A DNA stretch of 64,000 nucleotides from an uncultured Cryomorphaceae bacterium (GCA_964635965.1 CAZWQX010000001.1:18014-82013); one strand, 5' to 3'. Positions 1-9,099 are shown, numbered from the stretch's first letter. Notes: generated by a model not told the origin, from the sequence alone. Program-made: numbers and translations.

Positions 1-193
1 CGGGAAGAATAACGTGAGTATTTGATCCCGGAATATCAGAAGCAGGCATTCCGTCCTGGGTGACCCAATTAGAGAGATCGTCCCAGTTACCCGAGCCGGC
101 GTTCCATACCAATACTTGGGCGGATCCTGATAGCGTCAGAATCACTCCAATATTGATGAGCAAAACTCGGATGAAGGTTTTTAATGGTTTCAT
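1..193 (-). CDS. Secreted protein, 5' part only (runs off window start)
   Basis: Read manually: ATG at 193, MKPLKTFIRVLLINIGVILTLSGSAQVLVWNAGSGNWDDLSNW..., a Sec signal peptide with no stop before position 1. Lies 9 bp downstream of the porP-like gene. Confidence 0.75.
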   Translation of the reverse strand, partial: MKPLKTFIRVLLINIGVILTLSGSAQVLVWNAGSGNWDDLSNWVTQDGMPASDIPGSNTHVILP

Positions 194-202
194 TTTCCGT
201 CC

Positions 203-1141
203 TTAATCATATGCGTTGCAGGGCACAAAACCCACTTTTTGATTTCGTGGGCAAGCGCTGATTCCCAATATTATCTCGTGTCCATTAGAGGATCCCAATC
301 TCATTTTTGAGTAGTTGATGTCGTAAGCATAGGCAACGGTGAAGTAGTCCAAAAAGCTAAACTTCAACATTCCCGCCACGGCATCTTCTGATCGAAATGC
401 AACTCCAAGGGCCACGGTATTCATGTAATCAGCCCAGAAGTTTACGTCTAAAGAGGGTGTTGAGTTACCCGTAAATTTGAATTGAAATGCGGGGATGTAA
501 CTCATACGTTCGCCAGACTTATATATGCGTCCCGCCATAAGGTTAAAATTCGGTTGCATATTCACGTCTGTGCCGATATCATCGAGTGTCGGATTAGTTA
601 AGTGAGATCCACTAAATCCAACGAACCAATACTTACTGTATAGCCAAATCCCTGCCTTTATATCAGGAAATACAAGCTCTGTATCCGACGATTGAAGAAT
701 CGGGTCGGCCGGATTGGAAACAAAAACCTGCGAAGCGTCGAACCGGTATTGCATGGCACCAAGAGATACTCCAAATGATAAACGCGTTTTTCTGGATAAC
801 GGTAAATGGATCGCATAAGTAGCATGGAATGCCGTTCTGCTGGTGAATCCCGTGTTGTCTCCTTCTACAATCAGTCCAGCGCCATGAATGACACCTTTCT
901 CATTACTAATTGCGTCTATTCGTTGATGTGCCGAAAGAAAAATGGTTTTTGGATTGTTCTCAAATCCTACCCATTGGGTTCTGTAGCCGACTCTTGCATC
1001 CAGGCATTTCTTGAGTCCTGCTTGCGCAGGATTTAGCGCAAAAGAATTGAAAAGGAAATTCGTGAACTGCGCATTTTGTTGCCCGAAGCCTTGGCTAAAG
1101 CAGAATACCAGGAAAATCGCTGCCGTGAGTATTCGTTTCAT
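203..1141 (-). CDS. PorP/SprF family type IX secretion system membrane protein
   Basis: Signal peptide, QFTNFLFN...NPAQAG and YRTQWVG motifs, beta-barrel pattern, C-terminal YAYD...GHEI; adjacent to a type B CTD cargo gene. Confidence 0.92.
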   Translation of the reverse strand: MKRILTAAIFLVFCFSQGFGQQNAQFTNFLFNSFALNPAQAGLKKCLDARVGYRTQWVGFENNPKTIFLSAHQRIDAISNEKGVIHGAGLIVEGDNTGFTSRTAFHATYAIHLPLSRKTRLSFGVSLGAMQYRFDASQVFVSNPADPILQSSDTELVFPDIKAGIWLYSKYWFVGFSGSHLTNPTLDDIGTDVNMQPNFNLMAGRIYKSGERMSYIPAFQFKFTGNSTPSLDVNFWADYMNTVALGVAFRSEDAVAGMLKFSFLDYFTVAYAYDINYSKMRLGSSNGHEIILGISACPRNQKVGFVPCNAYD

Positions 1142-2178
1142 TATCTAAGTATCGTTACCGAACCGGTAATGGGTTCAGCATTAAAGTCAACTGGATTTAA
1201 TTCAATCACGTAGTAGTAAGTGGCGGCAGGCAGATCATCACCTCCCCAATCGTTCTCGTAGTTTGTCGATTGAAAAACTCTATTTCCCCAGCGCGAGTAA
1301 ACAAATATTTGAGCATTGGGCCACTCATCAATATTCTGTATTTCCCAAGTGTCATTGAACCCATCGCCATTAGGAGTGAAGGTATTGTATGGAATGATTG
1401 GTGGAAGAAGTACAAAGGAGACCTGACCGGTAAATATGCACCCGTCAACTTCGACTGTGGCGGTATACGTCACGGTTATGTCCACTCCTTCGGGATCTGC
1501 CGTAACCTCAGGTCCCGTCAAACTATTCAATTGAGGGCCTGACCACTGAATGGTGCCCAATCCACCTTCTGCTGTGAGGGTAACCGTTTCACCCGCAAAA
1601 ATGTCAGCTCTTCCCGGATTGACTTCAGGAAATGCGTCAACATCCAAATCGTATTCAAGAGCGGGACCTGAAACTCCGACGCTAAAACTACATTGAGAAG
1701 GGTCAGGACCAGATGTAGTCAATCCCGTAATCATTACAAAATAGGTAGTTGAAGGCTGCAACGACGCAAGATTGAACTGCCCTGATCCCTGGGTATCTGT
1801 TTCGCATAAAACCAAGTCAGTGAAAGTTGATCCATCACACAAATCAGAAGCCTGAAATACTGCAATTCCCAATGAGGTATCCGCCAAACAAGAATCTACT
1901 TGATAAACCAAGGTGGCCGTGCTATCGGTGTAGTCAATAAATGGAAAGGCATCCGTATCCTGAGTCTGAAAAGAATAGAATACTGCATTGGGAGCATCAC
2001 CAAAGCAAAATCCGGGACCTACATCAGAAGGAGCTCCATCCTCGTAAGTGTAGTTGGGAAAGTCTGCTAAAGGACAAAGAGTCTCGGGGGAGTTACAATC
2101 CTGAGCTTGCAAAGCGCAACTCAGAAGGAATACAAAACAAAAAGTCAGTACCTCCGATAAATGGGAGTTTACGGTCAT
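1141..2178 (-). CDS. T9SS type B sorting (gliding motility-associated CTD) protein
   Basis: C-terminal NTFTPNGDGFNDTW...FVYSRWGNRVF...YENDWGG...TYYY...GSVTILR; signal peptide; stop overlaps the porP start. Confidence 0.92.
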   Translation of the reverse strand: MTVNSHLSEVLTFCFVFLLSCALQAQDCNSPETLCPLADFPNYTYEDGAPSDVGPGFCFGDAPNAVFYSFQTQDTDAFPFIDYTDSTATLVYQVDSCLADTSLGIAVFQASDLCDGSTFTDLVLCETDTQGSGQFNLASLQPSTTYFVMITGLTTSGPDPSQCSFSVGVSGPALEYDLDVDAFPEVNPGRADIFAGETVTLTAEGGLGTIQWSGPQLNSLTGPEVTADPEGVDITVTYTATVEVDGCIFTGQVSFVLLPPIIPYNTFTPNGDGFNDTWEIQNIDEWPNAQIFVYSRWGNRVFQSTNYENDWGGDDLPAATYYYVIELNPVDFNAEPITGSVTILR

Positions 2179-2292
2179 TAAGGGGAGTTTGAATGTAAAC
2201 TTCTCTAATATACGTAACCTGCTATGCGGAAAGTTTCCCCCTTTTCGTTTTTTTCACATATTCCTGTGTGAAAGGGAAATGGGAATCCAAGG

Positions 2293-3708
2293 TCATAAAA
2301 GGAAGAAGAGACCCCATCCAAGGAAGGTAGAAATGGCTGAAGTGATCAAATTGGTGATATCATTATTCACCCTGGAGAAACCGATGTGTTTAGTGATTCT
2401 CTCGGGAATCTTACTATCAGAAAAGTTGCCGTTCGATTGCAAATACTTGACCTGAGCGTGTTTCCCAATGAGACTGTCTGTTACATTTCCAAGGAAGCCT
2501 ATTGAACCAATGAGAATAAAATGCTGAACTTCCATTCCAATGAAAGGCATGAGAGAAATGGATGCTAATCCAAAGGAGGCAATCAAACCTGCCAGGGTTC
2601 CTTGCAGCGTTACAGCGCCACTTTCTCCAATTTCAACTTTGGTATTGCTGAATATGTAAATGTGCCTTTTGCCATATCGAATTCCAATCTCCGAAGAAGT
2701 GGTGTCGCTTAGTGCAAAGGCAAATCCGGAGACAAAACCAAAAAGAAAGGCAGGGCTGCCAATGATCAAATAAAGCATCAAGAAAATCACTGGTATTCCT
2801 CCGTTTGCGAATACCTGCATAAGGTCCCTCGGATCATTTTTAATCTTGCTACCCGGTAGCTTGGACAATAAGCTACCGATGAGAAAAAAAACCAAGGGAA
2901 AAATAAAGTACCTAGGCTCAGGACCAATAAGAAGAATCCACCCCATTAAAAACGACCCCAGGGCTCCATCACCTGTTAACCATTTTCGTTTGAATGTCAA
3001 ATAAGCGAAGGGAGCTAAAGCACCCAACCACAAGAGGGATGATATCTCGAATTCTATCATGAGCCAATAGACTGATGCTGACGGTACCCAAATATTGTCG
3101 AGTCCTTTTGCAGAAACTGCTTCGAGAAGCGTGAGAAACAACGAAATAAAAACAGCCTCCAAAAGGGAAACAGGGTATCCATGAAGCTCGGGAATGAGAA
3201 CGGAAGAAAAAGCTAGAATTAGCAACGTTGCCATGAAGAAAGCCAGACTCCCCTCAACGGTTTTCTTCTCGGATGAGAAACTGTAAATATTCTTGCCAAC
3301 GGAAAAACCCACAATTGTGGCAAGACCATCGCCCCAAGCAAGTATGGCTAAAGGATAGTAAACCAAATATGGTTTCTCATCTCCAAAAAAGTACACCAAA
3401 ATAAAAAAGGCAATGGCAAAATAGATTATCCCGAAACTCCGCCTTCCGGTTTCAGCCTCGATAAAAAATCCCTTCCAAACCGCTAGAGCTAAAAATGGAA
3501 TCGCTGCACCAATAATGACGAGCAACAATGAGACATCAAAATAGAATACAGAAATAGCAGAGGCCGAGATTGCTCCGACGTGAAGTATCTTTCGAGCGAA
3601 TACAGGATGAATTACTGATCTTCGACGAAGAACTTCAGCTAAAAAAATAAACACTACTACCGCAATCGCCAGGACTAGCTCCAAAAGAAGAATTTTGATC
3701 GAATCCAA
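2293..3708 (-). CDS. Fused phytol/dolichol kinase-like (CTP-transferase family) + DUF92/TMEM19 membrane protein (VTE5-VTE6-like)
   Basis: N-half RKILHV, WGDGLATIVG, KTVEGS, GLDNIWVP; C-half QVFANGG, SDTTSSEIG, GESGAVTLQGT, TDSLIG, NNDITN; highly hydrophobic. TTG start uncertain. Confidence 0.85.
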   Translation of the reverse strand: MDSIKILLLELVLAIAVVVFIFLAEVLRRRSVIHPVFARKILHVGAISASAISVFYFDVSLLLVIIGAAIPFLALAVWKGFFIEAETGRRSFGIIYFAIAFFILVYFFGDEKPYLVYYPLAILAWGDGLATIVGFSVGKNIYSFSSEKKTVEGSLAFFMATLLILAFSSVLIPELHGYPVSLLEAVFISLFLTLLEAVSAKGLDNIWVPSASVYWLMIEFEISSLLWLGALAPFAYLTFKRKWLTGDGALGSFLMGWILLIGPEPRYFIFPLVFFLIGSLLSKLPGSKIKNDPRDLMQVFANGGIPVIFLMLYLIIGSPAFLFGFVSGFAFALSDTTSSEIGIRYGKRHIYIFSNTKVEIGESGAVTLQGTLAGLIASFGLASISLMPFIGMEVQHFILIGSIGFLGNVTDSLIGKHAQVKYLQSNGNFSDSKIPERITKHIGFSRVNNDITNLITSAISTFLGWGLFFLL

Positions 3709-4441
3709 AAATAAAGCAAAGAATTGGCGACTTCCCGAATTAGAAGATCAGGATTGGTTCCCCGGGATTTTAAGGGAATACCAAACGGTGTTTTTATCCA
3801 CGCTTGATAGAACAACAGGCCTATATCAACCCATTGAGGGCTTACTTACGAGAATAAATCCGAGACCTGCCGTTATAGTTGATTTGGCAAGCGGATCAGG
3901 AGAGACAACAAGGCGAACCGTATCTGCCCTTGAGTCGAACGGGACCGTTTTAAACCTCACAGACAAGTACCCACTGAGATTGAAATCCAACCCATGGTCA
4001 ATCGAAAAACTTGATGTTCTGAAAGATCCGTTTCCAAAAGCAGATTTATACACCATCTTTAATGCTTTTCATCACTTCAATCATGGCGAACGTCTACTGA
4101 TTACCGTCAAGGCAAAAAACACGGGAGGTAAGTTTCTGGCAGTAGAACCATTGCAACCCAGCCTCATTGTTTTCATTAAAGTTTTCTTCTCAACACTGCT
4201 GGGACCTCTTGTTCTTGCACCTTTTATGAGACCCTTTTCATTTTGGTGGATTCTATACACCTATCTATTACCCGTTGGTCTGCTATCAGTGTGGTGGGAC
4301 GGCATGGCTTCAATAACAAAGTCCATTAGGTATGATAGCTTTGACCTCATCAAAAAAGAAATGGAAGATCGAGGGAACCAAGTTGAGCTTGGCGAGTTGA
4401 AAGGAAGATTAGCAAAACTCCGATATCTCCTGGTCGAATGA
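3695..4441 (+). CDS. Class I SAM-dependent methyltransferase-like protein
   Basis: Motif I IVDLASGSG, acidic residue after beta2 (LTDKYP), FNAFHHF; stop overlaps the next ATG (ATGA). TTG start. Confidence 0.7.
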   Translation: MIESKNKAKNWRLPELEDQDWFPGILREYQTVFLSTLDRTTGLYQPIEGLLTRINPRPAVIVDLASGSGETTRRTVSALESNGTVLNLTDKYPLRLKSNPWSIEKLDVLKDPFPKADLYTIFNAFHHFNHGERLLITVKAKNTGGKFLAVEPLQPSLIVFIKVFFSTLLGPLVLAPFMRPFSFWWILYTYLLPVGLLSVWWDGMASITKSIRYDSFDLIKKEMEDRGNQVELGELKGRLAKLRYLLVE

Positions 4442-5301
4442 AAACCTTTTGGAAATTCACTCGTCCGCATACAATCATTGGTTCTTTCATCAGTGTTACT
4501 GCACTTTATTTGCTTTCGGTAAGGTCTTTCGAATTCTCCGTGACTTTTTACTTTGCGCTTCTGGCAGCTCTGTTCTGTAATATATTCATCACAGGCTATA
4601 ATCAACTTGTTGATATCGAATTAGATAAGGTTAATAAACCCTATCTCCCTTTGGCTTCGGGCGAAATGAGCGTCAAAACGGGAAGAATTATCGTGTTCTC
4701 TTCACTGATTTTGTCAATAGTCATTTCGATACTAACCTCTTTTGAGTTATTCGGATTGATTGGAGTTATTTCCTTTTTAGGATTTATCTATTCTTGGAAA
4801 AGAATCTATTTAAAGCGCTACCACCAGTTGGCCGCTACCGCGATAATCCTTGTAAGAGGAATATTGGTCAATCTTGGATTTTACGCCTTCTTCTCTGATT
4901 CCCTTGAATTTCCTCCTGAAATATGGACACTAACATTTTTTGTAGTTCTATTTAGTGCGGGAATTGCTTGGTTTAAAGACATCCCCGATATGGAGGGAGA
5001 CGCCGCAGATAATATCGGCAGCCTGGCCGTCTTGAAAGGAGCTAAAAAAACATTCGCCGCAGGGGTATGGTTGATTGGTTCGGCCTACACCTTAGCTGCT
5101 TTTGCTCCTTTGTTGTTTGAATTTGAGCTGGCAAAATCGGGCTTGATCATATTTGGACATGGTTTGCTGGGAGGGACCTTTTTAGGTTTTGCCTCCAGAA
5201 CGAATCCATCCAATAAACAAGCAATGAAACGATTCTACATGAGCTTTTGGGTGTTATTTTTTCTGGAGTATTTGCTTTGGGTAGCAAGCTTCTTTATCTA
5301 G
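4438..5301 (+). CDS. Homogentisate phytyltransferase-like UbiA-superfamily prenyltransferase
   Basis: RPHTIIGS, NQLVDIELDKVNKPYLPLASGE and KDIPDMEGD match the plant VTE2/cyanobacterial HPT motifs; multiple TM helices. Confidence 0.88.
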   Translation: MKTFWKFTRPHTIIGSFISVTALYLLSVRSFEFSVTFYFALLAALFCNIFITGYNQLVDIELDKVNKPYLPLASGEMSVKTGRIIVFSSLILSIVISILTSFELFGLIGVISFLGFIYSWKRIYLKRYHQLAATAIILVRGILVNLGFYAFFSDSLEFPPEIWTLTFFVVLFSAGIAWFKDIPDMEGDAADNIGSLAVLKGAKKTFAAGVWLIGSAYTLAAFAPLLFEFELAKSGLIIFGHGLLGGTFLGFASRTNPSNKQAMKRFYMSFWVLFFLEYLLWVASFFI

Positions 5302-5322
5302 GTAACTAACCCCTCATTTTCT

Positions 5323-5330
5323 TACTTTTG
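5323..5330 (+). promoter_or_regulatory. Bacteroidota sigma-A -7 element upstream of tRNA-Arg
   Basis: TACTTTTG = TAnnTTTG consensus, 34 nt before the tRNA. Confidence 0.55.
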
Positions 5331-5364
5331 AAGCCCCAAAGAGAATACTCGTTCTCGATTTCTT

Positions 5365-5436
5365 GGCCCCGTAGTTCAATGGATAGAATAGAAGTTTCCT
5401 AAACTTTTGATGCAAGTTCGATTCTTGCCGGGGCTA
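5365..5436 (+). tRNA. tRNA-Arg(CCT)
   Basis: Cloverleaf: GGCCCCG/CGGGGCT acceptor, GAAGT-TTCCTAA-ACTTT anticodon arm, GCAAG-TTCGATT-CTTGC T arm; CCA not encoded. Confidence 0.95.
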
Positions 5437-5438
5437 CT

Positions 5439-7499
5439 TTATCTCACCACACTTCCATCAGGCCAACCATCAGCCGGGCTAACAAAGGTTAATTTACCCT
5501 CTTCATCTTCGGCCATAAGGATCATTCCTTGAGATTCTACCCCTCGGATTTTCCGTGGTTCAAGATTTACCAAAACGCTCACTTTCCTTCCGGCCAATTC
5601 TTCGGGTTTAAAGAATTCGGCGATACCTGAAACCACGGTACGCTTATCGATTCCCGTATCCAGAGATATTTTCAAAAGCTTATCGGTCTTGGGAATTCGT
5701 TCAGCCTCCAGAATGGTGGCGGTGCGGATATCCATCTTAACAAAATCGTCAAAAGCAACATTTGGTTTTTGAGGCATCAGATTGGATTTTGGTTCTTCTT
5801 CCTTTTTGAGTTTATCGAGCTGAGCCTGGATCTCTTCATTCTCAATCTTTTTGAACAGTAGCTCAGTCTGGCCTATTTCGTGTCCGGCTTCAATGGCATT
5901 TGAGTTTCCTGCTGAAGACCAGTTACCCAAATCTATTTTCAGCATATCAGCCATTTTTTTTGAAGTATTCGGCAGGAATGGAGCACATACCACCGCCAAA
6001 TTCGCCGCTAATTGCAGACACTTTTCAATGACTTCGGCTGCCTGGTCAGGATTGGTTTTGTTCAATTTCCACGGTTCTGTTTCGGTGAGGAACTTATTCC
6101 CGGCACGAGCGAGGTTCATCATTTCATTTTGAGCATCTCTCATGCGATAAGCCTCAATTGCCGCAGCGATTTTATCGGGTGCAGTCTCGATAGCCTCGTC
6201 AACTTGACTCGTATCAATCGTTCTGTTCTTTATGGTTGGAACCGTACCACCGTAATACTTGTGGGTTAGAACCAACGTACGATTGACGAAATTTCCGAAT
6301 ATGGCCACCAGCTCGTTATTGATCCGGGTGCGGTAGTCTTCCCATGTGAACTCGCTATCCCGAAACTCGGGAGCAATCGCATTTAGCACATAGCGAAGCT
6401 CATCTTCTTTACCAGAAAAGTCTTCAAGGTACTCATGAAGCCATACAGCCCAATCACGTGAAGTAGAAATTTTCTTACCCTCAAGATTCAAGAACTCGTT
6501 GGCAGGTACGTTATCGGGAAGTATGAAATCACCATGTTCCCATAACAATATTGGGAATATGATACAGTGGAAAACGATATTATCCTTGGCTAAAAAGTGT
6601 ACCAACTTGGTTTCTTTATCCTGCCAATAGGGCTTCCAGTCTTTTCCTTTTTCTTCTGCCCAGGCTTTGGTCGCGGAAATATATCCGATTGGGGCGTCGA
6701 GCCAGACGTAAAGGACTTTTCCTTCGGCATTTTCAAGAGGCACTTTCACCCCCCAGTCGAGATCTCTGGTCATCGCTCTGGGCTGAAGTCCGCCGTCAAT
6801 CCATGATTTGCACTGACCAATCACTTGTTTTTTCCACTCGGCAGGATTGTGATGGGGCTCTCCTCTTAAAGTTCCTTTCTCAATCCAAGCTTTTAGCCAA
6901 CCTTCGTGGTTTTCCATTGGAAGAAACCAATGTGAAGTTTTCTTCAAAACCGGTTGTGAACCACTAAGGGTCGATTTCGGCTGAATCAAATCTCTCGGGT
7001 TCAATGTCGAACCACAGTTTTCACATTGATCACCGTAAGCATTTTCGTAACCACATTTTGGACAAGTTCCGGTGATATATCGATCAGCCAGAAATTGATC
7101 AGCCTCTGCATCGTAATACTGCTCAGTGGTCTTTTCCGAGAAGGAATCTTTCTCATTTAACTTGAGAAAAAAGTCTTGCGCGGTTTTATGATGAAGTGGA
7201 TCAGAAGTTCGGTGATATATATCAAAATCAATCCCAAACCTGCTGAAAGCATCCTTATTGATCCCGTGAAATTCATTCACGATTTGCTGAGGAGTTTTCC
7301 CTTCTTTTTTCGCTTTAAGCGTGATGGCTGCTCCGTGTTCATCGCTTCCACAAACAAAAACTACATCTCTTCCAGACATTCGCAGAAAGCGCACATAAAT
7401 GTCAGCGGGCACATAAACGCCAGCAATATGCCCGATGTGTAACGGACCATTTGCGTATGGCAGAGCGGCAGTAACTGTGTAACGTTTTGGGTTATTCAA
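5439..7499 (-). CDS. metG: Methionine--tRNA ligase
   Basis: PYANGPLHIGH, zinc knuckle CPKC..CENC, KISTS, C-terminal tRNA-binding OB domain. Confidence 0.98.
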   Translation of the reverse strand: MNNPKRYTVTAALPYANGPLHIGHIAGVYVPADIYVRFLRMSGRDVVFVCGSDEHGAAITLKAKKEGKTPQQIVNEFHGINKDAFSRFGIDFDIYHRTSDPLHHKTAQDFFLKLNEKDSFSEKTTEQYYDAEADQFLADRYITGTCPKCGYENAYGDQCENCGSTLNPRDLIQPKSTLSGSQPVLKKTSHWFLPMENHEGWLKAWIEKGTLRGEPHHNPAEWKKQVIGQCKSWIDGGLQPRAMTRDLDWGVKVPLENAEGKVLYVWLDAPIGYISATKAWAEEKGKDWKPYWQDKETKLVHFLAKDNIVFHCIIFPILLWEHGDFILPDNVPANEFLNLEGKKISTSRDWAVWLHEYLEDFSGKEDELRYVLNAIAPEFRDSEFTWEDYRTRINNELVAIFGNFVNRTLVLTHKYYGGTVPTIKNRTIDTSQVDEAIETAPDKIAAAIEAYRMRDAQNEMMNLARAGNKFLTETEPWKLNKTNPDQAAEVIEKCLQLAANLAVVCAPFLPNTSKKMADMLKIDLGNWSSAGNSNAIEAGHEIGQTELLFKKIENEEIQAQLDKLKKEEEPKSNLMPQKPNVAFDDFVKMDIRTATILEAERIPKTDKLLKISLDTGIDKRTVVSGIAEFFKPEELAGRKVSVLVNLEPRKIRGVESQGMILMAEDEEGKLTFVSPADGWPDGSVVR

Positions 7500-7525
7500 T
7501 GGGAAAATGCTTGATTTGTGAAGCG

Positions 7526-7533
7526 CAAAGATA
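7526..7533 (-). promoter_or_regulatory. -7 promoter element for metG
   Basis: TATCTTTG on the minus strand, 26 nt upstream of the start. Confidence 0.6.
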
Positions 7534-7544
7534 ATTACTTAAAC

Positions 7545-8450
7545 ATGCCGCACACGCCTCCCTTCCTTCAGCAAAATGATGAGATCAGGATTGTTTCAAC
7601 CGCCAGAAAGGTAGAAGCTGATTTCATTAAAAATGCCGTCTCTGAAATTGAACGACGAGGTTTCTCCGTGAGTTTGGGAGCAAATCTATTCAAGGAGTCT
7701 AACCAATTCGCTGGTAGCGACGAAGAACGCCTGTCTGACCTGAATGCAGCGATTAGAAATCCAGATGTAAAAGCAGTTTTTGCCGCCAGAGGGGGATATG
7801 GAACGGCCAGGTTACTGGAAGGTGCAGATCTAACTGCTCTGAAGGCCAATCCTAAATGGATTGTGGGATACAGCGACTTAACCGCGTTGATGAGCCATCT
7901 TTGGGAGATGGCAGAAATTGAAAGCATACACGGCACTATGCCGGTAAACTACTCCGCTAATACAAAAGCTGCCCTTGACAGTTTGTTCCATTTGCTTTCA
8001 GGAAAGACCGTGTCATATGAGTTTGAGGGGCGCTCAATGAATAGAGCTGGAGAGGCAAGCGGGAACTTAATCGGAGGAAATTTAAGCGTCCTCTACAGCC
8101 TTTTGGGGTCTTCGGCTCAGATTAAAACCAAAGGTTGTGTTCTGTTTTTAGAAGATCTTGACGAATACCTCTACCACATCGACCGGATGATGACTGCTCT
8201 TGACCGTGCAGGTATGCTAAAAGATTTAGCCGGATTAATCGTCGGGGGAATGACGGATATGAATGACAATACCATTCCTTTCGGTAAAACGGCAGAAAAG
8301 ATCATACTTGAGAAAGCTTCGAAGTACGATTTTCCCGTAAGTTTTGGTTTTCCAAGTGGACATCAAGACGACAATCGTGCGTGGATTCACGGAAAAAAAA
8401 TAAGGCTGACCGTGCGAGACGATCAGCCTTGTATCGTAGAATACGTTTGA
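7545..8450 (+). CDS. LD-carboxypeptidase (peptidase S66, LdcA/MccF family)
   Basis: ARGGYG, GYSDLT, GGNLS, LFLEDLDE, FPSGH motifs; start moved to ATG 7545. Confidence 0.9.
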   Translation: MPHTPPFLQQNDEIRIVSTARKVEADFIKNAVSEIERRGFSVSLGANLFKESNQFAGSDEERLSDLNAAIRNPDVKAVFAARGGYGTARLLEGADLTALKANPKWIVGYSDLTALMSHLWEMAEIESIHGTMPVNYSANTKAALDSLFHLLSGKTVSYEFEGRSMNRAGEASGNLIGGNLSVLYSLLGSSAQIKTKGCVLFLEDLDEYLYHIDRMMTALDRAGMLKDLAGLIVGGMTDMNDNTIPFGKTAEKIILEKASKYDFPVSFGFPSGHQDDNRAWIHGKKIRLTVRDDQPCIVEYV

Positions 8451-8454
8451 CGTA

Positions 8455-9099
8455 TTATTCTCTTTCGAATTTCGTGTAATCAGCAGGAATTTCGAAAAGT
8501 GAGTTATCCAAGTCAGCTCTTTCAACTTCATTTACTTGAAGCTTAGTAAGCTCAACTCCGTCAGTCTTCTTTTCGATACCCACCATTGGGAACATACCTT
8601 CAATTTCAGGAACGTTCATAAAATACACGGCAAGTTTATCTTTTCGATTCAAAGTCTCCAACATCGGAACCAAGAAATCGAAATCGTCATCAGCTACCCA
8701 AAAAGTAACTTCACGACCATCTTCTTTACCCGTTACTTTCACCTGAGTACATTTGTACCCATTGATTTCTTGAGTTTTGTTTGTTTTCTGTACATAAACT
8801 TCTGTCTCACGAGCAGGTCGCTTATTCGGAACATCAATGAACATTTTACGCTCAGGGCTCAACGCCTTCACCGTATTAGCTTTGGTGTCAACGATCATAA
8901 TTCCCTGAATTTCGCCGTTTTCACCTAGCTCTTCAACACGAACTAAGTCGCCTTTAACGTAATAAACATAGTTAGCAGTTACAGGACCAATCGTTTTGGT
9001 AAATTTGATCGTACCCTGGAAAGGACCGGAGGCAAAGCCTGCGATTCCCAACAATACCCCCAGCAAAACAGCTGCAATTTTTTGAGTAAATAATTTCAT
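8455..9099 (-). CDS. DUF4412-like secreted protein
   Basis: Signal peptide; KTNKTQEINGYKC..V...REVTFWV and C-terminal LFEIPADY pattern. Confidence 0.7.
   Translation of the reverse strand: MKLFTQKIAAVLLGVLLGIAGFASGPFQGTIKFTKTIGPVTANYVYYVKGDLVRVEELGENGEIQGIMIVDTKANTVKALSPERKMFIDVPNKRPARETEVYVQKTNKTQEINGYKCTQVKVTGKEDGREVTFWVADDDFDFLVPMLETLNRKDKLAVYFMNVPEIEGMFPMVGIEKKTDGVELTKLQVNEVERADLDNSLFEIPADYTKFERE

Noticed and set aside
203-2178. PorP + type B CTD pair as a new secretion module
   Set aside because: This is the known T9SS PorP/SprF-cargo arrangement.
2250-2274. Inverted repeat TTTCACA-N8-TGTGAAA
   Set aside because: No U tract on the transcribed (minus) strand and arms inverted relative to a CRP site; function unsupported.
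2293-5436. Prenylquinol cluster as a tRNA-integrated genomic island
   Set aside because: It lies on the 5' side of the tRNA, with no integrase, no att repeat and no compositional shift obvious by eye.
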